Of a DNA stretch of 64,000 bases, positions 1 to 14,029 are shown piece after piece. The notes beneath the pieces are model-generated. The model saw only the letters and a program-made list of their open reading frames with translations, was not told the DNA's origin and did no database searches. How positions within the stretch are numbered: position 1 is the stretch's first letter; the number at the start of each line of letters is the position of its first letter. The translations under genes were made by a program, and so were the position numbers. The stretch is from Eledone cirrhosa (Eukaryota). Location of the stretch: assembly GCA_964016885.1 (NCBI GenBank), contig OZ024743.1:231012001-231076000 (forward strand), read 5' to 3'.

Positions 1-1516
1 ATCCCTCTTGTTTTCGTCCTTCCTCACCAGCGTGACAACGCCCTTGGTCACAGAACTGGGAATTCTCCCGTTCTGTTGCCAGTTGCAGTAGATCGCCTGG
101 AGGATTTCGGAGAACAACTCCGGCATCGCTACATAAAGATCGTATGGTAGACCATCGAAACCGGGAGATTTGCGTTTGCCGCATAGGCTCAGCGCTTCCC
201 CTAATTCATCGGCTGAAATCGGCCTTTCGCAGGACCCGCCTCCCCATCCGAGAGCCGCGGCAAACCGTCGAGGTATGGACCGAAGTTCATGTCCTCACCC
301 GGCCCGCTACCCATCCCGAACAGTTGTGCAAAGCACCGTTGAAAGGCCGCGCACATCCTCTCTGGTTCAAGGATCACGCGTCCATCCTGGTCCTTCAAAG
401 ACCGAATCGTGGACTTGTTTCCACTTTTTGCCCCTGTCACACGGGCCCAACTAACAGCTTTGACTCCCTCGTTACCCGGAGCACGTATTTTACTCCTGAC
501 AACACAGCGCTCGTGCTTCACGTCAAAGAACTGGTCTAGAGCCGTTCTTGACGCCAGCACGCCGGCCACGTTGCCCCACCTAATCGCCTCTCCTAATCTA
601 TCTATCAATTCCCTTTCAGTTCTATTCCTATCTGATGCTAATTCCTGACTAAAACCTATCGATTCTATTCTAAGTTGTCTCTTGAGAGAGCCCCACCACC
701 TGCTATTGACAATTGCCCCCGTCAACCGCTGCTTAACTATAGTGCTAATCCGCTTACTGTAAGCTTTGTTTGTCGGTAAGGACAAGTTTAGTTTCGAGTA
801 ACCGGGTCCTTGTATATGGGTTCTGTCAAGGTTGACCACTCCGTTCACCAACTTGTGATCCGAATAGTCAACCATGAACATTCGGGGATAGCTTAATATG
901 TCCCTATCCTTTTTTCTAACTAGGAACCTATCTAGGTATGACTAGATGTTCCGCTCCGATTAGTCCACGTCCACAGTGGCACAGTCGAAAAACTAGTCGA
1001 TATTTATCTGCCAGATCAAATCGGCCGATTAACCGTTTGAGGCTGTTTCGCCCCCGTCTATCGGGACATGCCCCTACATAGTCCCAACGTGCATCAAGGA
1101 TACCATTCCAGTCCCCCACTAAAAGCAAGGAGCGAGACGTTCCCAGAAAAGTCTCTAGGCGTTGGAAGAAGTCCGATCGCGGTGTCCCAGATGGGGCATA
1201 CGCTGCCAGCAGCCTGAAGGCTCCACCTTCACTACTGCCTACGTCTAGAACCACCAGTCGACCTCCGGGTTCAGGTGTACCTTCCGTGTTTTCGCAACAG
1301 GACGACCACCCTGCACCCCCCCCCCCGCTGACAGAGAGATGCATAGATTTCAAAGTCGTCGAAGATGGGGGCCAGTTGGTGCTCGCTGCTGATCCTGGAC
1401 TCGCAAATAGCTACCACTTCCATTCTGTGCGACCTGATGTCATTTAAGAGTTTGCCCTGCTTCCAGGGCATCCCCAGGCCGCGCACATTTAAACATCCAA
1501 CTCTTATAACAGCCAT
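1..1516 (-). pseudogene. LINE ORF2 (APE endonuclease leading into RT), frameshifted
   Basis: ATG at 1516 (MAVIRVGCLNVRGLG). Fragments 1271-1516, 928-1353 and 201-881 carry the APE motifs. RT-proximal PGFDGLPYDLY-like sequence near 130-170. Confidence 0.85.
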
Positions 1517-1559
1517 GTTGGTGGTGAAGAGTTTAGAGTGTAGAAAAAGGAAAATACAC

Positions 1560-3386
1560 CTACCTGTCCTTCTCCTGGGGACCAGGCTGCACAATTTCCC
1601 TGGGGGTGTCGGCGGGGTTGTTTTGTGGGGTGGTGGTTTGGGATGTTGTGGGGACATCAGTGGGTGGTGGGGTGGGGGTGTTTGGTGGGGGAGAGTCGTA
1701 TGAGGTGGTGGTGGGAAAACATTTCAAGCAGCTGCTACGTCTAGTACAGTTGTTCCCCACGTCCTCGGGAAAGTTCTGTTTGAGCATTGCGTAGGTGTCC
1801 CTTGGGACGCTAATCATTTTTAAATGCGGTTTAGTCGCCGCGTTGGTTAACATTTTCCCTTCGGTTTCCACCGAAGGGTCTTTATCTATTGTTTGCACAA
1901 GTGTTTTGTTGTTTGTGTTGATGTATGTATACTGTTTTTGTTGTGGTGTGTTTGTTTTTGTTTGTTGTTGTTGTGTGTGTTTGCGTTTTATAGTATTTGT
2001 TATGTTTTCGGGAGGGATCGTTTTTTTTGTTTGTGATGTTTGTTCTGTTTGTGCTGGTGGTTGTGTGTTTCTTGCATTTTTGTTAATGTTGGGCCTTCTT
2101 TTATTTCTTTTTATAGGTTGAAAGTGTTCGCCCTCGTCGACACTGGGTGACGTTGATAAGGGGTCCTCGTCCGTGTTGTTGGGGAGGAATATATTTTGGG
2201 GTTTTGTTGTGGTTGCTTTTATATTTGTTTTAGGTGGGGAGGTGTTGGGTGGAACAGTGTCTTGTGTTTTATTTTTCCGTGTTGTTGTTGTTGTTGTGGT
2301 GGTTGTGTTGTTGTGTGGGGGGTGAGCAGAAGCGTCTTTTTTAGGGGGGGGGATTTAAAAGGGGACTGAAAGCCCTCAGGTGACCACTTCTTGAACAGTG
2401 GTAGCATGAATGCCGCCTGCCCTCAACAGAAATGTTTATGAAGGCGACTCCATCCAGGGACACACGCTGCGGTATTCTTGCTATCCGTTCTGGTCTCATT
2501 TGGACCAGAACTTCAATGCTATTGCCGCCGAATACCCCTCCGGTGGATTCGCCTATCGAAAGGATTGTGTCCTCATCTTCTAAGAATCCCGTTACCACCC
2601 GCAAAATGCCCGCATTTGGCCTGATGCCCGAGATTCTTAACTTTTGAGTTCTTTCCCCCAAATATGTGGGGAAAAAGGTGTATGCTTTGGATACAATTGG
2701 CGTCACAGAATATTTCCGTGCAGCCAATTCAACTTGCATTAAAACAGATATGCTTCCATACAGTTTCCCTTTCTGTATGAAAGCGATATCCTTCGAGGCA
2801 CTACTTAGGACCAGCTGACTTTCGCTTTCGGACAATTGAGCCGGTTTCCTATTCGTGTTCGAAACTGTCCTAAAAATTACAGTCCTGAGGACTGTGTCCC
2901 TTCTAATTTATTCGGGGGAGGTAATTGTGAATGCCCCACCTTCCCCGAAATTTACACAATTCCTTGCTTCTTTCAGCAATTTCTTGGCATTCGAGATGTC
3001 CAGTGCCTTGTATGTCTGCGTTTATCGGATCGCCTGTGCGAAGGAGACTGCAGCTGTGGGTCCGTTTTCTTTCGTGTTGTTATCTTTGTTGTTGTTGTTA
3101 TTTGTGTTGGCTTGCTTTTTTCCTCTGTTGGTGTTGTCATTATTGCTGTTGTCGGTTGTGTTGCTATTGTCATTGTTGCTGTTGTTGGTTGTGCTGTTAT
3201 TGTCATTGTTGTTCTTGTTTGTGTAATTGTTACTTCTGGGGTTTTGACCCATTTCCACAATTTTTTCTTTTGATTCCGTGGTGTCTTTTGCAGGTGTGGG
3301 GAGGGAAGGCTTACAGCGTTGTGCTGCTACCTTCTCTCTATCACTTTCCTTGGGGGCGTGACATGCGCCGTATTAATGGCGTCCAT
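1560..3386 (-). pseudogene. LINE ORF1 (gag-like, CCHC-type knuckle, N/T/P-rich low-complexity segments), broken by frameshifts and stops
   Basis: ATG at 3386. Fragments 3022-3258, 2341-2835 (ISVEGRRHSCYHCSRSGHL) and 1560-1898 lie in order in different frames. Confidence 0.75.
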
Positions 3387-4604
3387 TGCCACTAAACGAC
3401 TTTTTATCGACAACCTATAACTATTAAATTTCGCCCCCAAAAGGGGCGAAATTTATTATACCCAACGTCTGCAGGCCCAGGCGAGGGGTTAAACACAACA
3501 AATAACAAATTACTTAAACAGACCTACCGCTTCTCGTAATAAGTTCCGACAAAATGCAGGAGCGAAACAAAAACACGTCTATTTTCTCCGAGATAGATAG
3601 ATAGATAGACAGGTAGATAGATAAGCCATGTTAATTGACCGACTACGATGCGAACAAAGGAATGTATTGATCTGTATAGACCATATTTATGTATAAATAT
3701 ACATCTTGTTTCCTTGTTAATAATTAAGGTGTGATCATAATGGTTGTGCGTTCGTTTGTCTGTATATGTGTGAATGTGTGTGAATATGTGTGAGTGTGTG
3801 TATGACTTTATGTTTGCGGGGCGATGTCTGTATGTGTATTAGTGTGTATTCGGCGGCAATTTGCAACGCTTAAATCCGCCGTATTACACTTTCAAATTCA
3901 TGGTCGATCCGAAGTAAAAAACCTTTGCTATTATGCTACATTTAGTAATTCGCCTGAAATGAAACAGAACAGTTTAAGTTTACGAAATGCATGCATTTGA
4001 GTACAGATTACCATGACTGTAGTCGAAGTTGAACTCAACAAAATTAATATCGACTTACAAAGTTGATGTCTATTTTGATTGCGGTCTACTATCATATCCT
4101 ACCGTGCTGTTTTGTGACCTGGACTGTTTAAAGAGTCCTCAGCTTATATCGTGTGTTTTTCTGATCTTTCATGGTATGAATTAATTACCAGTGCTTACCT
4201 TTTGTTAATCCCGTTGATCTGAGTGCTCCTTATATGTCTGTATCAAAGGCAATCAACGGAATATATTTTTGAGGATTACGTTTTATTAGAATATTTTGAT
4301 AAATATGTTTGAAATGATCTTGATTATTTATATGGTATTTATAATAAATTATTGTTTAACAATATTCGGCAAATTTTATGATCATGCATTGTGATTTTTT
4401 TGATTTTTTATTTTTTCGTATTTGAGGTAGATTTCACGTTGAACTGTATATGTGAAGACAGACAGCACGTTAAAGTTAAATGACCACACACTAATGTGGC
4501 ACACAGAATATTCTGGGGATGATTTCTAATGATAAATATAAGTTTCACATTTGCATATAACATTCTTGTATTGTTTTGATGAAAATATTTTCGTTTATTT
4601 AAAC

Positions 4605-4790
4605 ATATTGGGAGTAGGAGAGAGTCGAATAAATTGACTCCAATACAATACTGGTTCTTTAATTTGTCGCCCATATAAGGATGATAAAGAAAGATAACCT
4701 CAGCGGGATTTGAAATGAAAAAAGTAAATGGCCGTAACTCTATGCCACAAAGCATGTTGTCTGATGTTCTACCGACACTGCCAATCCACC
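4605..4790 (-). mobile_element. tRNA-derived SINE (cephalopod-type), diverged copy
   Basis: Shares ...ctgg..cttt..ttt.tcg.ccc.taaggatga.a.g.aaag.taacctc.gcgggatttgaa...gccgtaactct with the copies at 12.6, 24.3 and 35.8 kb. Confidence 0.75.
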
Positions 4791-5312
4791 ACTCTTGATT
4801 TATTTAATATAACTTCATCAATTTTTGTTTTGTTTTTGACTACTAACCTGGGGCTAAAATATCTTTTATATTTAAATTATGATTATGTATATATAACTTA
4901 TATATTTAAATTATGATTATGTATATATAACTTGTATAAAGGAGGGAGATAGGGAGCGACCAAAATAGGGATTATATATAGGTAAGGAGGAAAAATATTC
5001 AAAGTTAAAAACAGAAACCAAGGATGGTAACAGTGGTAGTTAGAAAGGAATTTAAATAACTGAAATACAGATTTAAATGCCATTTAGGGCAAAATACTAA
5101 ATTAGACAATGGGGATAACTTAGGGCTAAAATGAATGTATAGGAGAAAATTTCAGAGTAGATTGCTATGGAGCTCAAATATTTTAAAGGGGCTTCGTGTC
5201 GTGGGGTCAGCGAGAGAAGTACTTCTCTTGCTGGTTGTCAAATGATCTATTGTTGATAAGATTACTAATATATATATATATATACATATATATGTATGTA
5301 TATATATGTATA

Positions 5313-5381
<69 letters not shown>

Positions 5382-5388
5382 AGAGAGA

Positions 5389-5471
<83 letters not shown>

Positions 5472-6367
5472 TGTGTACACAGATATATCACTAAACATAG
5501 AAATATGTGTGTACGTGTGTATCTGTATATGAAAAACCGCTCCATCGAACATAAATACATTTTGGTATTTATTCCGCCCGAGAAAACGCATCAACTTTCC
5601 CTTGATATTATTTTTGCCATCAGAAAAACAGTGAATCAGTATTTGTGTCATTTGGACCCAATAACAAATGAAGCTATTTTTCTACACATAATCCGTAGTC
5701 TGAAAAATAATAAACTGCAGAAGATAAAACATATCTAAAAAAAAAAGAAGGGCAAAGCAGAAGACAGTCAGACACAAATTGTATGAAAGTGGCTGCTGAA
5801 CCATTGTCAGAGAAAAAAGGAAGTATAATATACTGTGAGAGCAAGGTTGGGTGCATAGTACAATTGAAACATTGTCACAGTTTAGGAATACGTATAGAAG
5901 AAGAAGAAAAAACACATAATAGTTCAAGATATATAAATGATATGAAAAAAAGAAAAGGAAAGTCCCTTGGATATGAAATACAAAGGTTGTCTGAAAATGA
6001 CAGACACATTGTATGGGAAGCACCTTTGACACGGGGCGAGAAGGGAATATCAGACCGAAGCACATTTGTATCGTGTTTTCAAAGACGATTTAAAAAGAAA
6101 TTGCTGACTTAAATGGGATATGGACACCAACGCCAGCATCGAACACACACGCACACGCACACATACACAGACACACACACATTTACGCATTATATATATT
6201 TATTATAGTTATGATATATATATATTTACGCACTATTATAGATACATATATATGCGTGTGTGTGTGTGTGTGTGTATGTGTGTGTGTGTGAATACATACA
6301 TAGATGCATAATAACAACACATACACGAACACACACAAACATATGTATATATGTGTATATATATATG

Positions 6368-6477
<110 letters not shown>

Positions 6478-6765
6478 CGGGGGGTGTTGACCGAGCAATT
6501 GTCTCAAACCTATATTCATATTAATATCTATTGAGGTAGGCTATATTGTTTCCAGTATATTTCGATGTTTAACTGTACACGTTATAAAGATATAGATATT
6601 TTATATTTCCTTTGTAACATATCATCATCTAAAGAAGTAAATACACATGAGTATTTGTTTAGACGTTCCTCCAGCATCACATATAATTCTCTATATATAT
6701 TTATATATAAATATATATATATATATGCACCTAAAATATATGCACACACACACACTCGCACACAT

Positions 6766-6801
<36 letters not shown>

Positions 6802-7169
6802 TGATATTGGTGTACTGGGATATATGGATTTTCGTTATTTTGTTCCGACTTTTTGCGCTCTGACTTCAAGTCACCCTGAGGATAACTTTACTTCCCATTA
6901 TTACGAGGTCGATCAATGAAATATCAGTTAAGTAATGCAAGTAATATGGTTTTTTCTTCAACTCTGTCTCGTTCGCAAATAATCTCTCTCGCGATTACCT
7001 TCTCTGGAAGTGTTCAGCTTTATTCAGACGTAGACTTTCTTTGGCTGAACCAGTTTGATATGCCAAAGATATCACAGATCCACCAGCCCGACAGTACGAA
7101 TACACCAGGTTTAAGGACTCATGTATGGATTAATATATATGTATGCGTAATATTGTTATATGTATATGT

Positions 7170-7281
<112 letters not shown>

Positions 7282-7439
7282 TTGTGTGTGCGCGTGTAAT
7301 AAAGTAAGTAAAAATACACAAGAACCTCAACACAAAGGTTATATCGATAAAATATGTTTAACGAAATGGTATTTATCTTCTTCATTTATGTTGCTATTGC
7401 TTTCGTTTTCATTGTTTTATGCTAACTCCTATTTAGTAA

Positions 7440-7600
7440 CAATTCCGGTCGCTGTCGAAAACTCAAGACTAATTGTACCCCGTACTGCCGAGCGCCTCCA
7501 CAAGATTGGAACGTTGCTGGGCATTGTCCACGGGAATGCTTTTGCTGTCTTTTCAGTAGCAATTCTGCCCTTTGACCTAGGCCCAGAGACCAATCACCCT
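7440..7600 (+). mobile_element. Possible 3' fragment of a CRE-like (RLE) non-LTR element
   Basis: Translation PRTAERLHK..LLGIVHGNAFAVF resembles the CRE C-terminal 'DPR..FLRQRLS.A.QRGNA..V' motif. Weak. Confidence 0.3.
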
Positions 7601-7920
7601 CCCACTTTACCCTTGCCCTCTCTTCTACGATACTTGAGCTCTTGCCACATCCTCCCATTCCCGTACTTGTTCTTTCTCTCTTTTTTTCTCTATAGTTCAC
7701 TTTGTTTCACTTTTTTGTATTATTGCCGCCATTATAGATGGTTGAGTGTAATAGGTGCATCCGTCAACTATACACCCTCATTCTAAAGAAATATTATACT
7801 ATATTATACTGTTTTTATATAAAAATATATAAACTCGTTACAATGGAAAAAACAAAAACCTTGTCCGCCTGGACTTTCTTGTTGTTATTCGACATCATTA
7901 CTCTCCAGCTCTGTAATTAT

Positions 7921-7967
<47 letters not shown>

Positions 7968-8091
7968 CTGCTGCTGCCAACAATAATTGTCGTGATGTTG
8001 GTGACATATTCTTGGCAATTTCAGCAGGTAATTTCCAGAATATCCATTCCTACAACATGACTGTCTTATTGGACAAAAAAAGAAATGTGTA

Positions 8092-8139
<48 letters not shown>

Positions 8140-8159
8140 TAAGTTATTCCGGGTTGAAT

Positions 8160-8300
8160 CGGTAAGGTATTCAATACATAGCAGAGTATAAAAGTTTTAA
8201 TATAGATGAGGTTCTACAGGACTAGAACTGTTTCATTCTTTAGAAATCATCATGATTCCTGATGATTTCTAAAGAATGAAACAGTTCTAGTCCTGTAGAA

Positions 8301-8306
<6 letters not shown>
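8160..8306. repeat. Fold-back pLTR-like remnant between (TA)n tracts (~45-bp inverted arms 8206-8252 / 8260-8306)
   Basis: ttctacaggactagaactgtttcattctttagaaatcatca and its reverse complement, separated by tgattcc. Homologous to 30596-30690. Confidence 0.85.
8254..8302 (+). ncRNA. Type I hammerhead ribozyme (GUA cleavage triplet)
   Basis: gattc CTGATGA t-ttc-taaa-gaa-t GAA acag-ttctagtc-ctgt A gaatc. All core nucleotides are present, with 5-bp stem I and 4-bp stem III. Confidence 0.75.
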
Positions 8307-8370
<64 letters not shown>

Positions 8371-9512
8371 CTCAAAACACAAGCAATGCCAGAAAAAAAT
8401 TCCAAATTTATAAATCTGACACAACCTATTCTATCTGTACAACACTAAAATTGTGTGAAGGCACGTGGCTTCATGGTTACGGTGTTCGTCTGGCGCTCGC
8501 ATTATTGTTAGTTTGATTGTAATATGCAGGGTTTGTTATTGGGTGAGGAACATTAGTTCACGTTACTCCAAACTAAGAGTTCAAAAGTTATTATAAGTAC
8601 CACATCTCATTTCGTCTATAGTATTTGCTAATTTCAAACCATACAATATGTAGTTCTATAAATGATATCCATAATAGTTACACTGGGAACTGTTTTTAAC
8701 CCATGGATATCACCGATTGAGGAGACCCCGGTTAAAAACAAATTCAATCGTAAATCTGCTCACATTTTTTTTTTGGGGGGGGGGGGGGGGGGGCTTAATT
8801 ATATGATATACCCTGCGCATTTGAGGGTACATCATATAATTTAGATTATGAGGTATAATTTGCGAAGGATTTTATTATTTCCTTCTAATGCAGCAATAAA
8901 GCCGAAGCTTTATCATTTGGATTGTGTGTTTACCAACTTTTTCTTACATTGGTGCCATATTAGAGATTTACGACGAAACCTTATCTTAAATATATGCAGC
9001 GAATTTGGAAAAGTTTTTACGTCATTGGATTACATGAAATGGTATTTTTTGTTTCATTGCGCTCTTAGTTGAAATCCTATAGAAGTCAATATAGCCTTTC
9101 GTGGCCAATAAAAAAAATTGTACCAATTCAGTGGTAGTGGATTGGCGAAATTGTAATAATACAAAGCGTCAGACAGTATACTTTGCAGTATTTGACCCAG
9201 CTTTGCGCGTTTTGAGTTCACATTCTGCCTGTATCTGTCAGGAATTATGACTGGCATACAGTATCAACTTGAAAGAGAAGGAGCGATTTATTTCAGTAAA
9301 GCAGCTATTAGGAATAATAATGATGAAGTCAAGGCTTGCTCAATGCTTCACTTTCCTATGGGAACGATGAAATACAGCGAGGATTATCAATGCAATTGAC
9401 ACCAAGTATATTATAGCTACCTGTCTGTAGAAATGAAGGATGATTGGATGCTATTAAACAAAGCCAGGGAGTTGTTGAACAGACGCTCATACAATTTTGC
9501 TAGACACTCGTC

Positions 9513-9513
9513 C

Positions 9514-9603
<90 letters not shown>

Positions 9604-9623
9604 CTGGTGGTAGTAGTAGTAGT

Positions 9624-9655
<32 letters not shown>

Positions 9656-9688
9656 CAGCAGCAGGAGCAACATCAGCAGTAGTAGTAA

Positions 9689-9746
<58 letters not shown>

Positions 9747-10011
9747 GGTGGTTGTGGTGGTGGTAGTAGTACTAGTAGTAGTAGTAGCTCTTGTTGCTGT
9801 TGCTTCTGTTGTTGTTGCTGCTAATGCTGTTATTCCTCTTCTGGTAATTTTGTTTCCGTTATGTTCGATGGGAATCCTCTTCGCAGCTCTATTAGCTTAT
9901 TATCTTCAAATGCAGCTTGCCCCATTTATTGTTGCCTAAATATACCATACATCATGCTCATCATCATCATCATCATCTTGATCATCATCATCATCATCAT
10001 CAACATATTGG

Positions 10012-10060
<49 letters not shown>

Positions 10061-10150
10061 TATCCTCATCTAGATCATCTTCATCCTCATTATCCTCATC
10101 ATCATCATCCTCATCATCATCATCCTCCTCATCATCATCATCATCATTAA
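9513..10150. repeat. Trinucleotide microsatellite cluster (GTA/GCA/GTG, CAT)
   Basis: Directly visible tandem triplets. Confidence 0.95.
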
Positions 10151-11364
10151 CATTGTCATCACTGTCCTCATCTTCATTATTATCAGAATCGTCGTCGTCA
10201 TTGTGGTTATTATCAATATCATCATCATCACTATTATCAACAGCAGCAACTCACTGAACACCTCCATTGATATGATCATCACAAGATTATACTATCTTCG
10301 TTGTCCCCTGCATCATCTTAATTCTCATCTTCACTGTCGTCATCATCATCGCCATTATTACCATTATCCTCAATAACAACATTATTCCATACTACACTCA
10401 CCTCCATCATTATCACCACCAACATCGTTAGCACCATCATCATAAACACCACCACCGACACAAATATCATCATCGACATAATCATGATCATCATCGCTAA
10501 TATCATAGCCAACATCATCATTGTTAACACCGAATTTGTCATCATAACTATTATAGTGGTTTCATCTATGCCTGTATCATCATTGCTTTTCCCTAAAACG
10601 TCTTTGTCACGCCCCTTACCACGTCGCTAACTTCCTCGCAACTGTTTGCCTCATTGGCGTCTATTAATCTCGACAATCGAGGAATTTTCTAAAGCCTTAG
10701 GGATCTACAAGATTCATAATTGTTGTCATTAGAAATGTATTTCCGGTGCTGCCTACAGCTCTATCGCAGTTGTTGTCATTACAGTTTTAAAATGGCAGCC
10801 ATTTCTCAACTAATTTTCCCGCCCATTTTTGTCGGTTTCGATCTTAAAACCCCAGCTAAATACAAACTAATTTCCCGCCCAATATGAACAACAACAACAA
10901 TGGGTAACAACGTGTAACTGCATAAAGAAAAGTGTAGAAAGAGGTAGGAGGAGAAGAAGAAGAAGAAGAAGAAGAAGAAGAAGAAGAAGAAGAAGAAGAA
11001 GAAGAAGAAGAAGAAGAAGAAGAAGAAGAAGAAGAAGAAGAAGAAGAAGAAGAAGAAGAAGAAGAAGAAGAAGAAGAAGAAGAAGAATCAGTAGGAGAAG
11101 GCGATGGGGGAGAAGGAGGAGGAGAATATACGTTTAGGACATTATGTTTGTGATCATGGTTAAAAAACAGAGGATGGTTAGAAGAAACACGAAGAAGGAC
11201 ATCAACAGCGGTATTAGGGATTAAGTGAATATACAACAAAGGCAATAGTAAAAACAAGGCAGGCAGCAGAAACAATAATAACAACAACAAAAGCGGGAAC
11301 AGAAATATAACGCTGACCATCACCAGAGGCACCATTGCTACCAGCAGCACCACCATCACTCTCT

Positions 11365-12290
11365 AACAAGCATTACATACACCACTCCCACTATCAATAA
11401 CAACCACTGCTAACAACACACCACACCACCACCACCAGACGCACCAGCAACACATCATTAGTATTACATACACCACTATCAATACAATAACAAGCACTAC
11501 TAACAACACATCAACCACCACCACCAACAACAACAACAACAGCATGTCACCACTAACATTACATCCACCACTACCACTATCAATAACAACCACTACTAAC
11601 AACACATCAAACACCACCACCACCACCACCACCTCACTAACATTACATCCACCACTACCACTATCAATAACAACCACTACTAACAACACATCAAACACCA
11701 CCACCACCACCACCACCTCACTAACATTACATCCACCACTACCACTATCAATAACAACCACTACTAACAACACAGCACAGCAACCACCACCACCACCACC
11801 ACCACCACCACCAACACCACCACCTCACTAACATTACATCCACCACTACCACTATCAATAACAACCACTACTAACAACACATCAAACACCACCACCATCA
11901 CCTCACTAACATTACATCCACCATTACCACTATCAATAACAACCACTACTAACAACACATCAACCACCCCACCACCTCACTAACATTACATCCACCACTA
12001 CCACTATCAATAACAACGACTACTAACAACATACCAACCACCACCACCACTACCACCACCACCACCACCACCTCACTAACATTACATCCACCACTACCAC
12101 TATAAATAACAACCACTACTAACAACACATCAAACACCACCAACACCACCACCTCACTAACATTACATCTACCATTACCACTATCAATAACAACCACTAC
12201 TAACAACACATCACCCCCCCCCACCACCACCACTACCACTAACATTACAACCACCATTACCACTATCAATAACAACCACTACTAACAACA
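11365..12290. repeat. ~75-85 bp tandem minisatellite (~10 copies) with variable (ACC)n
   Basis: Unit acctcactaacattacatccaccactaccactatcaataacaaccactactaacaacacatcaaac(acc)n. Confidence 0.9.
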
Positions 12291-12574
12291 CTATCAGCAG
12301 CACCGCCATGACAATAACACTCATCTTTACCACCACACTCTTCTCCACCATTACCAAATACACTCCTACGAAATCGACAACAACAACACCAACATCAGCA
12401 GCAACCCCCACCCCCCACCATTGCCTCCACCATAAATTCCATCAACATCAACAACAACAATAATACCAACAACGATTAACAGCTGCACGAACAACAACAA
12501 CGGCCTCCGTAGCAACAACAGCAACAACAACAGTAACAACAGCAGCAATATCAGTAATAAGTGTTTCTACTTTT

Positions 12575-12737
12575 AACACAAGGCCAGCAGTTATGTCAGT
12601 GTATTACTGGTACTTTATTTTATCGATCCCGTAAGTATGAAAGGCAAAGTTAACCTCGGCGGGATTTGAACTCACATCATAAAGGGCCGTAACTCTTTGC
12701 TGCAAAACATGGCATCCGACCCTCTACTGATCAGTAA
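12575..12737 (-). mobile_element. tRNA-derived SINE
   Basis: Minus strand has B-box gagttcaaatccc followed by gccgaggttaactttgcctttcat...gataaaataaagtaccagt. Confidence 0.85.
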
Positions 12738-13008
12738 TAATAACAAAAGAAAAGACCGTAAGCCTACACAAATGAAATCAGGAAAAAGACCCATGCACAC
12801 GGCAGTAACGCAACAATCATATTTTCGACAACAACAGCAACAACAACATCAAAACCAACGACGACGACAGTAACCCCACCGACAATGACAATAACAACGA
12901 TTACCATGGCACCATTCCTCCACAAACAAACAACAACAACCACCAACAGCAAACACACACACATTCAACAACCACAACCACTATAATCAACACCTCCACC
13001 ACCGACTT

Positions 13009-13085
13009 TACTACTACTACTACTACTACTACTATTACTACTACTACTACTACTACTACTACTATATTACTACTACTACTACGTT

Positions 13086-13126
<41 letters not shown>

Positions 13127-13127
13127 T

Positions 13128-13159
<32 letters not shown>

Positions 13160-13207
13160 TACTATTGCTACTACTACTACTACTACTATACTATTACTAC
13201 TACAACA

Positions 13208-13262
<55 letters not shown>

Positions 13263-13291
13263 TTACTACTACTATATTACTACTACTACTA

Positions 13292-13346
<55 letters not shown>

Positions 13347-13347
13347 G

Positions 13348-13383
<36 letters not shown>

Positions 13384-13495
13384 ATACTACTACTATCAAC
13401 AAAACGTCAACAAACTCATATCAACAGCAACATGAACGACGATAACTTCAACACAACCGATGTCAACAACCAACACTGTGACCACCAATACTACA

Positions 13496-13540
<45 letters not shown>

Positions 13541-13541
13541 G

Positions 13542-13574
<33 letters not shown>

Positions 13575-13686
13575 ATACTACTACTATCAACAAAACGTCA
13601 ACAAACTCATATCAACAGCAACATGAACGACGATAACTTCAACACAACCGATGTCAACAACCAACACTGTGACCACCAATACTACA

Positions 13687-13742
<56 letters not shown>

Positions 13743-13800
13743 AGCTACTACTACTACTACTACTACTACTGCTACTACTACTACTAATACTACAAATACT
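13009..13800. repeat. (TAC)n arrays containing a ~190-bp tandem duplication (13383-13570 / 13573-13760)
   Basis: Identical atcaacaaaacgtcaacaaactcatatc...gtgaccaccaatactac block occurs twice. Confidence 0.9.
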
Positions 13801-14029
13801 ACAACTACCAACAACAACAACCTCAACAGCATCAACATCATCAACAGTGAGAACACCGACGGTAACGACAACTACAAAAACCACTAACAGCACCTACAAC
13901 TACAACTACAGCCAAGTCACCTACAGCAACATCAACGACATCAAACACAACCTCATCACCATCATGACCACCAGCAACCACTGGTACAGTCATCTCTGAC
14001 AATAACGATGACATCAACAATTCAGACAC

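Larger units (their letters stand above)
1..3592 (-). mobile_element. Tx1/L1-clade non-LTR retrotransposon, 5' portion (5'UTR, ORF1, APE and start of RT), disrupted; continues beyond the left edge
   Basis: Minus-strand ORF fragments give a zinc knuckle (CYHCSRSGH) and APE motifs (LNVRGL, ICESR, AYAP, GDWN, YLDRFL, SDH). The 5' end abuts a (GATA)n tract at ~3591-3622. Confidence 0.9.

Noticed and set aside
11365-12290. CRISPR-like repeat-spacer array
   Set aside because: The variable parts are only (ACC)n length changes, the context is eukaryotic, and there are no cas genes.
12575-12737. tRNA gene
   Set aside because: B-box present but no cloverleaf. It is a multi-copy SINE head.
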